Position numbers and translations under genes: made by a program
Part shown: piece after piece, positions 25,855-38,200 of the stretch
Layout: the number at the start of each line of letters is the position of its first letter
How positions within the stretch are numbered: the first letter of the stretch is position 1
Notes under the pieces: generated by a model
The model's input: the letters and a program-made list of their open reading frames with translations, nothing else
Told to the model about the DNA's origin: nothing
The model's database searches: none
Assembly (NCBI GenBank): GCA_965153455.1
Contig: OZ234493.1
Location: 21,194,213-21,258,212 of the forward strand
Length of the DNA stretch: 64,000 bases
Origin: Sphagnum compactum
Lineage: Eukaryota
Reading direction: 5' to 3'

Positions 25855-27088
25855 TCATGTGACCGCATCAAGATCCGGCTGGGGGACTTCCTCATGGGGT
25901 AATCGATGTGGTGTTCGAGTGCTGTGAGAACTTCCTTCAACATCCGAAATAGATGCAGGCATCTCCATGTCTATGTCTTCTTTGACTCCTTTCTCCCCCA
26001 TCTTAGCAGATGGTCCAAAATTACCATTCCCACTATGCTCAAGAGTTTGATGTTCCCCAGATTCCCAAGCCGTCTCAATTTTGTTCAGGCTTGCATCTGC
26101 CTGTGGGGACTCTGCTTTAGCTTCTTCGTTGACCAGAGATATCAGTATACTCTCGTCGGGCGTTTTCTCCAATGGCTCATTCTTCTCATCATCCTCAACT
26201 TCGTGACCTCCTGGATTTATAGAGCAGCAATATTACTCCCCAAGTGAAGAAACGTAAACAAAAAAAACTTGAGAAAATAGGGCATCAGATCAAATTTTTT
26301 TTGGGTCTCTGCATGAGATGTCAACAGAGCCTTCATGCAGACAGATTCTTTACAATTGTAGCACTTGCGCTTTGCAATGAGCAGAACAAACAAATGACAG
26401 TACTAGAAGGGTGAAGCTGTAGATGATTTCACCTTCATTTTCTTCTTCTTCTTTCTCAGCAGTCCCACCCTTGGTAGACTCCTCTAGCAGCATCAGAGTT
26501 TCAGGATTGCGTATGGCATCCTTGCCTGTGTGTCCAGGTGGTCAGTTTTTCCGGGACGTCTTCACAATTTGCAAAGGAAAAAAAACTAAAATCACAGAAA
26601 AATGACATTCTATCTTCTCCTAAACCTCAACAAGACATGACAACAAAACACTAGTCAAGAGAAGAAGAAGAAAAATGTCACCAGAAAATCCATGACCCAT
26701 TCACCCAAAAAAAAATCACACATGACCCATTTGTCACTTTTGCACCATGATCAAGCTCTGCCTACTTCCAAACCGTTTCAGAAGGGATTTGATCAAGATG
26801 TTGTGATGAGCCCTAATCGCTTGTTGGGTCTTGTTGTTGGGAATTGCTGAAACTGAAACCAGTAAGAACAAGAGGGGTGGGAAGAATGGATTGAGAGAGA
26901 GAGAATCTGGGAGACTTGCCTGATTTTTCACTCTTGACTCTGTACTTGGGTTCATCGCTATTGGCTTTGTAGGTTCTTCCAGCAAGTTTAGTGGCTTCCG
27001 TCAGCTTCTCTACCACATGCCCTGTGGCCTTCCCTGTTCCATACTTCCATGCAACTCGATCCCCTGCTTTGAACTCCACTTTTGTCAT
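25855..27088 (-). CDS. DUF2945 / Hva1-TUDOR-like domain protein with acidic disordered tail, 205 aa. Exons 27088-26920, 26525-26433, 26210-25855
   Basis: The spliced protein is MTKVEFKAGDRVAWKYGTGKATGHVVEKLTEATKLAGRTYKANSDEPKYRVKSEKSG|KDAIRNPETLMLLEESTKGGTAEKEEENEG|GHEVEDDEKNEPLEKTPDES...DLDAVT*. Exons total 169+93+356=618 nt, in frame. The first ~67 aa match the DUF2945 pattern (F..GD.V.W....G...G.V......A..D.P.Y.V.S.K.G..A...PE.L). Intron 1 is GC-AG and intron 2 is GT-AG. Confidence 0.82.
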
Positions 27089-27472
27089 CTTTCCCTTTCC
27101 CACCTGAGCTGCTGCTTCTTCTTGGAACCAGAAAATTTCTTCACATGAGAATAATAAATCTGAATCTGCTACAGAATGCCTACTATTTTCTGTGATGAAA
27201 TCCTCTGACAAAAGTTGGAAGAACTGGAAAACCTCAACACACCCACCACCACCCACACCCACCTCAAACAAAACAAACAAAATCTCATATGGGAAGGAAG
27301 AAAGAAAGAAACAATTTGGGAAGAATTGGAGTTCTCAGTTATGGAATGTGAAGAAACTCTTCCTTACAACAAAAATTTCTCCTCTTTTTTTTTTCCTAAC
27401 TTATGTTTTTTTTTTCCTTCTTCTTCTTCTTCTTCTTCTTCTGTGACTTTGGTGTTGGCTCCTGTGGAATCA

Positions 27473-27480
27473 GCCACGTA
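27473..27480 (-). promoter_or_regulatory. ABRE-like element TACGTGGC upstream of the DUF2945-like gene
   Basis: Exact ACGTGGC core ~390 bp upstream of the ATG, just 5' of a (GAA)n tract on the gene strand. Confidence 0.4.
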
Positions 27481-28399
27481 CTAAGCCCCAAGTGTCAGTG
27501 CATCGTCATCAACTCACCTTTGCTAGAATGGCAGGGCAACACTCACAAGATTATTGCTTGACATTCTCAACACAAGAAAACTGAAAAAAAACAAACCCAA
27601 CAAAAACAAACAAACAAACAAATCTTCTTATTTTTCCTTGTGCAAAAAATACCATGTATATATTATATATGAGATTTGAAACATGAGATCTGAGAAGTAA
27701 TTTGAAACATGAGATTTGAGAAGTCTTATATTAGATTTGGATTTTATGACCTAAGGGGGCAAAAAAAAATTAGGGGTTTTTTTTTTTTCTTCCTCATACA
27801 TGCATACATTCATTCATTCATTCATAACATGTACTTTCCTTTGTCTGAAAAGACTTAAATTCATAAGTAAAAGACAACTAAATTAACCCATCATAGACCA
27901 TGCCCATGATGCATGTAAGAGGATTGCACCCCAGTGCAGTGATTTTTTGCAAGAAATTTTTGTCATTTTCTCAACAAAAAAATTCAGTTTTTTTTTTTTT
28001 TTTTTCCCCTAGTGTAAATGCAACTAATTTTGCTAAATTTCTTGGAAAAATCTGTCAATTGAGGGGAAAAAAAAAAAAAAAGCACTTAGGAGAGCCATGC
28101 ATCCCATTATGGGGCAGTTCAAGTCCAGTTGCAAAAAGGAGGAAAAAACCCCCTTTAGCCACATCTGCACCATGCAACTTGCACACACTTTGCAGGAATG
28201 GAAAATGTTCCTAAAATACATTCAGCAATTTCTAATGCTACAACTTCTCATAGAGAATTCAAATCTCAAATGGGTTCCTTTGGGTTTCATCAATTTGCAT
28301 TTGGGTCATCTTGTAAAATTCCCCCATTGCCCCTCCAAAATTTTATTACCTTGGACACTTTGGATGCAATCCTCAAGGTATAAATTATATATACCATAG

Positions 28400-28601
28400 T
28401 AGTACCTTGGTGGCTTTTTGCACAATTTTTTTTTTTTAAATGCTCAAATCTTCACCCAAAACAAAATTTCTCAAAAATAAAAACAAAAAAAAATTGGTGA
28501 AGGAAAATGAAGAATTTTTTGGAATTTTTTTTTTAATGAAATGGTTTGTTCAATATTAATTAATTATTTGACAAACATGTGCCGAAGCCACCAAGGTACT
28601 A
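28400..28601. mobile_element. MITE with a perfect 17-bp TIR
   Basis: tagtaccttggtggctt (28400-28416) and aagccaccaaggtacta (28585-28601) flank an A/T-rich interior. Confidence 0.75.
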
Positions 28602-28755
28602 TGGCATCCTTTACCCTAAACCCTTAAAAATAACACCCCCTTTCTTGCCTGATATCAAGAAACTCATGTTGTAGCTTTTCCCTAGTATTGTAATTTGTGG
28701 TAAGTTGAGTATTTTTTTCGTTTATAGAATTTTCTTAAAGTTCATATTACCCTAC

Positions 28756-28947
28756 TACCTTGGCAGCTTCAACATTAATTATAATTGTTGAGCAGAAATA
28801 TTGAGATTTTCAATTTTTATTTTTTCGATTAACAAAAATTTGTGAAGGAAAATATTGAATCTTCAAGAATATTCCATGTGTCGAAATGAAAATCTCGTAA
28901 TTAATTAATTAATTACTCGACAAATGGTTGTGGAAGCTGCCAAGGTA
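28756..28947. mobile_element. Second MITE of the same family with a perfect 15-bp TIR
   Basis: taccttggcagcttc (28756-28770) and gaagctgccaaggta (28933-28947). Confidence 0.75.
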
Positions 28948-29084
28948 CTAACTACATAGTAGTACCTACCTAACCATTGTTGCTTTTGTGTGAAGTAAGC
29001 ATTGTAGTTTCATCGATTATATTGTAATGTACGTGATGTTTATTGTGGCACGTAGTATACTAATGTCAATATTGTATTATCATT

Positions 29085-29259
29085 GTACTTTGGCTATTTC
29101 AACATTAATTCTATTATTTTCTAAAATATTGAATTTTTCTAAAAATTTACAAAAAAAGAAAAAAAAATTATAGTATTCTTAGATATTTTATTTTTGGACA
29201 TGGAATCTTCAAAACAAAGTAATTATTTGACACTAAAATGTTGAACTTGCCATTGTATT
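29085..29259. mobile_element. Third, degenerate MITE of the same family
   Basis: gtactttggctatttcaacattaatt resembles the left end of copy 2, and tgttgaacttgccattgta is a decayed right end. Confidence 0.5.
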
Positions 29260-30699
29260 ATGCTATAATTGTGATATATGTCACAATAAACATCGCATAT
29301 TGACATTATAATGGATGTAATCGCAAAGTTTACTTGATCACATATGTGTCATGAGTGATGGTTGTGTCATGGCCATGGATTACTTATGCAAGAAAAAACA
29401 CATTCCAATGTAGTGAGTGTTAATGTTATGCATTATGGAATGGGCCATGTAGCATGCATGTTACTCAAGAACCTAACGAGCCTAGTAAGGTGACCTAGCA
29501 TTCCATTAGATGGTAACAAGTTTTTCCATGGCTTAGTCTAAAATGTAACCATTTTTTTCACCAATGATTCACATTTCAAGCATTTTTTTTAGTTGGCAAT
29601 TCACATTAAACAAAAATTGATAGCAACAAAAATGAACCCAACAATTGGCACTTGCCCAACCTAGGAAAACACGTATAAAAATATTTTAAAAGGACTTGGG
29701 AAACTAATTTCAATGAAAGAATGTGTGAAATAATTAAAAGGTTATGTTGCAAACACAGTTGGTGGCAAGTCATTAGCAACTCAATGTTACCAAGAACTGA
29801 TTTATTGTGACATTCACATATACAATGTTAGTTACAACTAACTTTTATGTGGCATCCTATGTGGCAAGCAATGTTAAGGAAATGGTAAATCAACACCAAA
29901 AAAAAATGAAGATATTTCATCAAGGTTTCAATGTTATGGAACAACCCCAAAAAGGGGTTTTAACTCAATGTTACCTAGCACCTAAAGATCAAGCTCGGAT
30001 GGTTTTTTTTTGCTTAAATGCTCAAAAGAGTTTATATGTTCTACCTACTTGATTTATTTACACATGATCTTTGATTGCTTTGGTGGATTACTCAAGGTTA
30101 CCTATCGAAGACCTTTACCTGCTCAAGAACAAGATCATGCTACAAAACTCCACCTACTTAAAAACAAGAGCATGTTGAAGACCATTGCTTATTGAAAAAC
30201 TCCACCTACTCAAGAAAAAAAATGTCCATAAAAAATTTCATCAAGAAACCATGGACTTCTACAAGACTATAGTCTCCAACACCTATACAAAGAAAAAACT
30301 AAAAATTCTTCACAAGTTTCCAAACCTTTTAATGTTTTCAATCTCTCTTGAGTCTTCTTGATTGGTTTCTTCAAAATCCTTTGATGTTTCAAAATCATGT
30401 TTCTTTGAATCTTGATTAATAAAACTTGCAAAAACATACAAAGTTTCACAATTTGTAAAAAATTCAAAACAAACAAATAATATAAACATTGATTCTTGAA
30501 ATTTTGATTTGAACGAAAATAAATAACAAACTCCAATTATGTACTGTCTGTAGTTGTTATTTTTGGCATCACATCCACCAATAATGAAACAACGAATCCA
30601 ACAAAAAAGAAAGCCAAAGGTAAAAGTAAGAAGGTTCAAAGTTCAAATTTTGTGGAAGTGCAACCCAACAAGCCACATCAACCAAATTGAAAACATGTT

Positions 30700-31020
30700 G
30701 AAGTTTTGGCACTTGTAAGAACACTTCATAAGCCTTGACAAAGTGGATTGATGAGATCAATTTGAGATTGCAATTACCAAATGAATTGTTTTTCAAAACC
30801 TATGATAAATTTAGTTTTTTCAACTCACTTCATGAATGAGTCAATGTGTAAGGATAAATGGAGTTCCATATTTGGAGACTTCAATTAAAGAATCTAGGAC
30901 TACAAAAAGGAATTATGGGCCATGAACATTTGCAAACAAAACTCCTTTCACCTTCCCAAGGAGCTTTAGGTAGGCTTATACAACGTCATTGTGGGATTTC
31001 TTGGCTCAAGACTAATCTTC
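30700..31020 (+). pseudogene. Remnant of a Myb/SANT-like (trihelix-type) DNA-binding ORF, probably TE-derived (e.g. PIF/Harbinger accessory ORF)
   Basis: At 30835-30905 the reading NESMCKDKWSSIFGDF/KRI*DY resembles the CKDKW..L..DFKKI.DY helix. It is disrupted by a frameshift and a stop. Confidence 0.45.
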
Positions 31021-34000
31021 AAATTGTCCAATACAAAAGACCTCATGATGGACAATGTAAATTAAGTTAACAAGCCATCTAGCCTTGCCCCAAATGAAGC
31101 CATCAACATGATCAACAATTCAAGATTTACAAATGAAAATAGGTTACAAAAGTTTCATACGAGTACTAAAGAAACATGGATCTTCAAATAAATGTCAATT
31201 ACATTAGTTCAACCTTGTAGCATTATTAGGAACCGCACATGATAATTGAGTTTCTTAAGAAGCAATAAATGCTACCACAGGGTAGTTGCACACTAAACAA
31301 TCCAATTTTTGGTCTCACAAGGGCAGTTTTAGGGGGGGTACCTCTAAGTTTGGTATAATATGTGTTAGGATATGATTGAAAATTATAAAAGGGTTTCATC
31401 TAACTAATCTATAACGCTTGTAGAATCAAATTTAAAATTTTGAAAATAAAATGTTATCATTTCATTACAAGGTGGACTTTTAAAGCAATGTAAAATCTTT
31501 TGTCACAATCCATATAAAAAAATATGGAATTTTATTACATACTAAACATGTGTGAAATGTTGATTTTTTCCCCCTAATATGATTGTGAAGCTATTACAAT
31601 GTTAAAATAAAGGTTTACAAGCAAGTTTAATATTTTAATTTATCAAGTTTCTGTAAGATTGCCAATAGTTTATAAAGTCCATGATTTACTAAAATGAAAA
31701 AATGGAAAATTGTTGTTTTGTAAAAATTGACATTTCTACCCTACATAACATCTACCAATTTATTTTTTATTTTAAACCCACGTTTTTGTTTCTTACTTTT
31801 CCCCTAGTTAATCAAATCGAAACATGTGTTGCAACTTATAACATAGTTATGACATTCTTCATTTTGCACATTAAAATTCTTTAAAATTCTTCATTTAGCA
31901 CCTTGTCATAACATTCTTTACCCGCGAATGTTTACCAAATTACACTGGTTGATCTATAAATTTTTAAAAAATTCTTTAAAATTCTTGCTTCTTTGGGCTT
32001 CCATAACATTCTCGCACCAAGAATGTCATAACTATGACTTAGAAACTTATAAGTTTAAGGTTTAGGCATTCCTCTTGCTTCATATTTTCAAATGTACAAT
32101 TTTACATTCCCAAAACACCAAACATTCAAATTAAAAAACCTAAAAAGGAAAATTGTGGACTTCTTCATTAACCACTTTTGGTCCACCTTAATGTGCATTC
32201 ATTCCACAATTCCCATTTGGCTAGCAACAACTAATAAGCCCATTCAATCTAATCTCATCTCATATATTAACCCCACTACACCAAATTTTGTCAACAAAGC
32301 AGTTCGAATCAAAAAAAATGTCATCATTAAAAAATTTGTAGCTACTCAATCTATTGGACATACCAAGGTTAAGAGCACATATTCTTCTACTCATTAAAAC
32401 ATGGTTGAAGCCACAAAGAAAGAGAGTAAATTGTTGGTGGAGTCCATTGACCAAATCAATGCCACAAGTTTACTTTTTGAGAAAAAACAAGCCCAAATCC
32501 CAACATTATCTTGGAGAAACAACTAGATTATTTCAAAACACAAAACCATCAATTACACATGGACATGGTGCAAGCTTTTAACAATTTGACACATGCCAAA
32601 ACTATGGTGTTGAGCTAAGTTGCAAATAACAACAACAATAATAACAATGTTGTTGGGTCCATTCACGATTAGGATACCAAAAAAAAAAAAGTGGACTCCA
32701 AGACTTTTACGGGGTTACTTTTTGCAAATAACATTTACTTGAAACAAATTTAAGTGAAAAAAATTGATTAGTCCAATTTAAGATAATTCATGTGACAATG
32801 GTGAGTTTTCACATTCATACATAATTGTATATGAATATTTTCTTTTATAGCCAAAAATGCATAAAATCCCAAAAAAACCCAAAATGAGTTTCAATGGACA
32901 ATTAAATATGTTTTTTGGCAAGACTATTTCTTGCACATGTGACCTACGCCTAAAACTAGATATTTTGAACCCATTGAAGAATTTTTTTTTATCAAATGGT
33001 TTAAGAAATGAGTCCTTTGCCTTGCAGCCCTTTCCTTCAAAATTTTAAGATTTGGACATTTTTGTATGATTCAGTTTTTCATCAAGTTCATCCAATGAAC
33101 ATGTATTTTAGAAGGGGGATGTTTTTGTTGTACAAAAAGTTTGAAATCAATTGTATGACTTTATGCATTCCTTTTGATTCTTTTTTTTTTAAATGCAATT
33201 TAGACACTTGATATGGTTAATTTACAGGACTCAAAATGACATTTACATTGTATCCAAATTATTTTAAATATTTTTGTTAATTTAACAAGACAACATTTTA
33301 TCTATTGGCATACAACAATCCATTACAACTATAATAATGTAAGATTAACAAAATTTCAAAGTTGTCCTTTGTAGTTTTTAAAAATGTAGACACTCTTTTT
33401 TGGTACCCCAATTGTGAATGGACCCTATAATTGAATATGTGGTTGAGTCGAAAATTGCAAAGACAAATTGAAAATTTAAGATCCAAACTTACCTTGATTC
33501 ACATGATCATGTTTATTTGTCTATTGAAGAATTGAGTCAACTCCTTTTGCAACATGTTGCCAAATCTTTCTCACCCTTCAATATGCGTTTGATTACTTAC
33601 ATCTTTTGTTGTTCAAATAATTAAAATGTGCATTTCATCCTCATGTACACTTGGTTCCAACTTAATTATTCGCAACAAGTAATCAATGTTCACTTCATTC
33701 TTGGACTTGAGCAAATTATGCAATAAGCAACATGTAAACATATCAGATAAGAACTTGACATGTTTAATTAAATTTTTATATCAACTCTTTGAATTTATTT
33801 TTTTCAATATCCCAAAATTATTTTTAACCATACATCAACCTCTCTTGTGTTTTCTATTCATGTATAACAACTTTAAAATTATATGTTGTCCATCTTTAAA
33901 AGGTGTCAAGTCTAATTAATTAGGGGATATCCCTTATCACCCAACAAGGAAGGAATAGTCCCATATATTCCCTAGTTAACATCAAACAATCTTTGAAACT

Positions 34001-34849
34001 AAACATAGGTGCATGCCTATAGAAAGCAAACCCATGCAACATTCTAGAGTCAAGCATACTTCTTGACAAACCCACAAACACATCAAAAAAAATTCCCCTA
34101 TAATCTACAATAGTTTATGCAACATTTAAACACCCCCCTACTTATGGTAGAAATAATCCTCTAGATAATTTGAAAGGTTTAAAAATCATGATGTGGGTGC
34201 CATTAATCACACCCTACACTTGACAACCTACAAAATTACTTGAAGTCCTCAATGACAACTTGCATTTTTCTCCAACTAGCCAAGATATGAACTTCTTAAA
34301 AACGACAGTCATTCAACAAATTCATGTGACACCAACATTATTGTGAATTTCTCAATTGCAAAAAACTTACTACAAATCAAAAATTATTACCATGGGCTAA
34401 ACTTGTAGATGGCACTTGACATTTATATTTCCACATGGATTGCATTTATACAATGAATATGATGTTTCAACAAAACATGTCTTGATAATTAGCAATCTTA
34501 ACCAACATCAACATTTTCATTTTAAAATTTTATACCCACTTATCATTATCATATTTAATGAGTAAAAACCAAGGGAACCATGTGATGCTCCTTGGCTTCA
34601 CTTAGTGACCTAACTCTTGTGACAAAATTTGAAAGGAATTATACAACTACAAACTATGGGGTCTACTTACTATGAACATAAGTTTAATGTTAATTTCAAC
34701 AATTGGGTGTACTGATAAATTCATATATGAAGGTGGAAGAAACTTTTTTTAATTATTTATAATCTAAAACAATAAAATACACCCCATTAAAAAGACTAAC
34801 ACAAAAGAAAAATTGTAGGGGGTTCTATTATTTGCTTTGGTTTCGAAAT

Positions 34850-35200
34850 GCACATAAGAATGATAATAATAACACCTAACTACATATGCAACAATAAAAC
34901 TTGGAACCTTACATATGCACACAAGAAGAACAATAATAAAATGCATGCAACAAGAACATCAACCAAACCTAGTTGTAGATGCACAAAAACAAAATTGATT
35001 TCAAATGCACATAAAAACACAAACAAAATTTGATTACAAATGCACACAAGAAGAGTAGAAACCAAACTTGGTTGCAAATGCATGCAAATGGAGTAACAAC
35101 AACACCTAGTTGTAAATGCACACAAGAGGATTGGTAATTAAATTTGATTATAGATGCACACAAGAGGAGTAGGAACACAACTTGGCTGCAAATGAATAAA
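34850..35200. repeat. Degenerate minisatellite, ~35-40-bp unit (aaatgcacacaagaag...aaac.tggttg)
   Basis: atgcac(a)caag and ttggttgcaaatg recur at roughly regular spacing. Confidence 0.6.
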
Positions 35201-38200
35201 AATTAAGAACTTGAAAACAAAATAGCTTGAAAACAAAAGAAAGAAAATTCATTTCAAAACAATGAAACTCAACTTGATGTAATCACGATGCAAAATTTAC
35301 ATTCAAGCAAGCTTGGAACAAACAAAGACCTTTGAGCTTGGAATATGTAAATACCTTCAAACAAAGTGATGAACTTGAAAGTTTTGACAAAAAAAAAAAT
35401 TGAAACATGAACTGAAGACTTTGGAAACCTATAAACATGAAAGCTTGAATAGCCTACAAGTAGAAACCACAAACCATACCAAATTTAACAAATAAAAGGA
35501 ATAAAATAGAAACAATAAAAAAACATAAAATCAAATGAAAAAAAAATAAATTGCATTTTCAAGAAATGAAATCAGAGAAGGTGGAGTTGCACGAAGCAAA
35601 AACATTTTTTCATTTGCAAGAGGAAAAATCATAAAAGGCATAGTTGTAAGAAACAAATGCATATTTGCAAAAAAGGAATTGCAAATAGCAAGCAATAGTG
35701 CAACAAAACTTCAAACAAAATGAAAGTGCAAGAATGGGAGCTTTGATGAAAAATGAAAGTGTGAAAGAGAAGAAGGTTCAATTAGAATGGAAACACAAAA
35801 TAATGTGAGTTTCAATGTTAAATGCAAATAGAAGATAGAGCAAGCTTCAACGCAAAATGAAAATGCAAGAAAGAAGGAGCTTCAAACAAAAAGAAAATGC
35901 AAGAAAGACAATATAAAAGGGAAAAACATGCACAAAGTTTTAGCACAAAGGAATGGAAAAATGAGCACAAAAGGTACTTCCAATCATGATATGTGTGAAT
36001 AATGATTCATCAAAGGTATGTCCTCAATTCCCTACAAACTTAAAATAATTGTTAGGTGTGAATTTGTAATCTTAATGTTAGCTACTTTTTATGTTAGTAG
36101 AAGGGGGACTTTCATTATTTGGGTGTTAAGTACATGTTAAGAGTTCTAACACTAGACTCCTTAACACCATGTGTGTTTATAATATTACGTTGATTCCAAA
36201 AAGAAGATACAAGATTGCTACAAATGAAGGGGTTTATGAAAAACCTCGATTTGACACCTCTTGAAAAATACTTGATGGACAACAATTGAACAAGTTCCAT
36301 CCCACAAATGGGGTGCATTCTTTGATCAATTTTGCACAAATCCAAGCTTTTGGAGTGGGTGAATTTTGAGTTTTTATTGGGGGTTCCTAAAAGAGGTTGG
36401 ACTAGATTTTTGAACACCAAGATATTGTGAACTCCCATGTGCTTTTAATTAGATTTTCATCTAAAATACAAAGGAAAACCCAATTGCATCTATGCATATA
36501 CGTGCAAAGCCTAAAGCTCTTCCACAAGGATCAAGAATGAAATCACAAAATAATTTAATTGCATGTCCAAAAGAAAGGAAATCTCACCAAAACCTAATCC
36601 AAGTTCACAAAAATAAACTCAAGGTACTTAGCCCAATCTATAGTTCTTCAATTCCTTTCCCATAAGGAAAACATCACAAGTGCAAATATGCATATGATAC
36701 CAACAACCCAACTTTTCTCAACAAACACACTTCAATCTCATCATCAAGAAAGGCAACCACCCAAATTTGTAAACAACCAAAAACCCACTACAAAAACATA
36801 GATGAAGATAACATTGCACCAATGTAACAAATTGACCTACTCAAATATATAGAACTTGATAGTGTAGACTTCAAATATAGATGGATTGAACTCGCTACCA
36901 AGAGTGCTATTTGGGGACTAGACTAGGGATAACCCACCCATCTTCAACAATGTCCCACCTCATAACATAATGAATTTTTTTTAAATCACATAAGCAAAAG
37001 AAAGTGTTAGGTCAACAAAATGGTATAGTAGTTGTAAAGGTAGGGTATTTCATGGACTCTAAAGTTACATGAACATATAAGAAAATTAAAACAGTCTATG
37101 TTTAGACCCTTTTGGATTTTCAGCCCCTACACTAAGCCTATCATCCTTGTGATGGGAATGGTCTAACTCAAACTTTCTCCATAATTGTAAATAAAATGTA
37201 AAATTCTTTTGGCATCTTTTCATTCCTTTTCCACTTTCTTTAGCCCTAAAGTGTGTTCTAGGTCCTTTGCACTGAAGCATATACATCACATGTTTTCAAC
37301 ATTTCATGTTTTTTTTTTGGTTTTTAAGCTTTCTATTCTTGCATTTGTCACAATGTTTGTGTGTCCAATGCTGCAAGGGGTTTGCAATGTTTTTTGCTTG
37401 ATTTTGCTCAAATTTTAATCATGATTTTTTGTGATGTGCCTATATCATTCATTGTAACTTGTTTGTGTGCAAATTGTTTTCAAGTGTTTCTCGTGATTTT
37501 TTTGTGTGTCTATCATTTTGTGTTACTTTAAGGTGTATCCAAGGTGTTTGTAACTTGATTTATGCGCATTTTTACTTTGATATTTCTTGTGATTTTTTTG
37601 TGTGCAATTGCATCAATACAAGACTTCTATAATGTGTTTTCTATGGCTTTTTATGTAGGTGATCCTTGTTAAAAAAAAATTGTGAATGTGTTGTTGCAAG
37701 ATTTATGGACTATGATCATATTCTGTCCTATAAGTCCACTTGAAGCTCTAAAGTAACCCAATTGAAGGTATTGATAGTAACTCACATTTTTGGCAATGAA
37801 TAATTACACTGACATATGTGCAAGATGACAAATTTGTAAAATTCAAGCAAATGATGGGCTAATGGCAATGCGGTGATCATAACTTAAACTATATAAAAAG
37901 AAGCTTGGCAATATGTTTTAAAAACACTAGATCTAATTACTCAAGAATCATCATTCATCTACAAATTGCAAGTGTTTTGAATTTTTATTTTTTTTGTCAT
38001 GTAAAATCAAAATATAAAAAATGCAATTTGTAAACAAATATTTGCATTGGGACCTCATTCCCAAAATGACCTTATTTTGTTCCTTACTTTATACTTTTTA
38101 AAGGTTATTCCTAGGTGAAAAAGGTGGGTCATCTATTGATGATTCCTTTTTTATTTTTGCTAGTTTCATATGTGACATGAATCAACAATGGGGGACACTA

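Noticed and set aside
26813-27280. 155-aa single-exon version of the DUF2945-like ORF
   Set aside because: It has a non-ATG start and reads into intron-like (TC)n sequence. The spliced model from ATG 27088 completes the domain.
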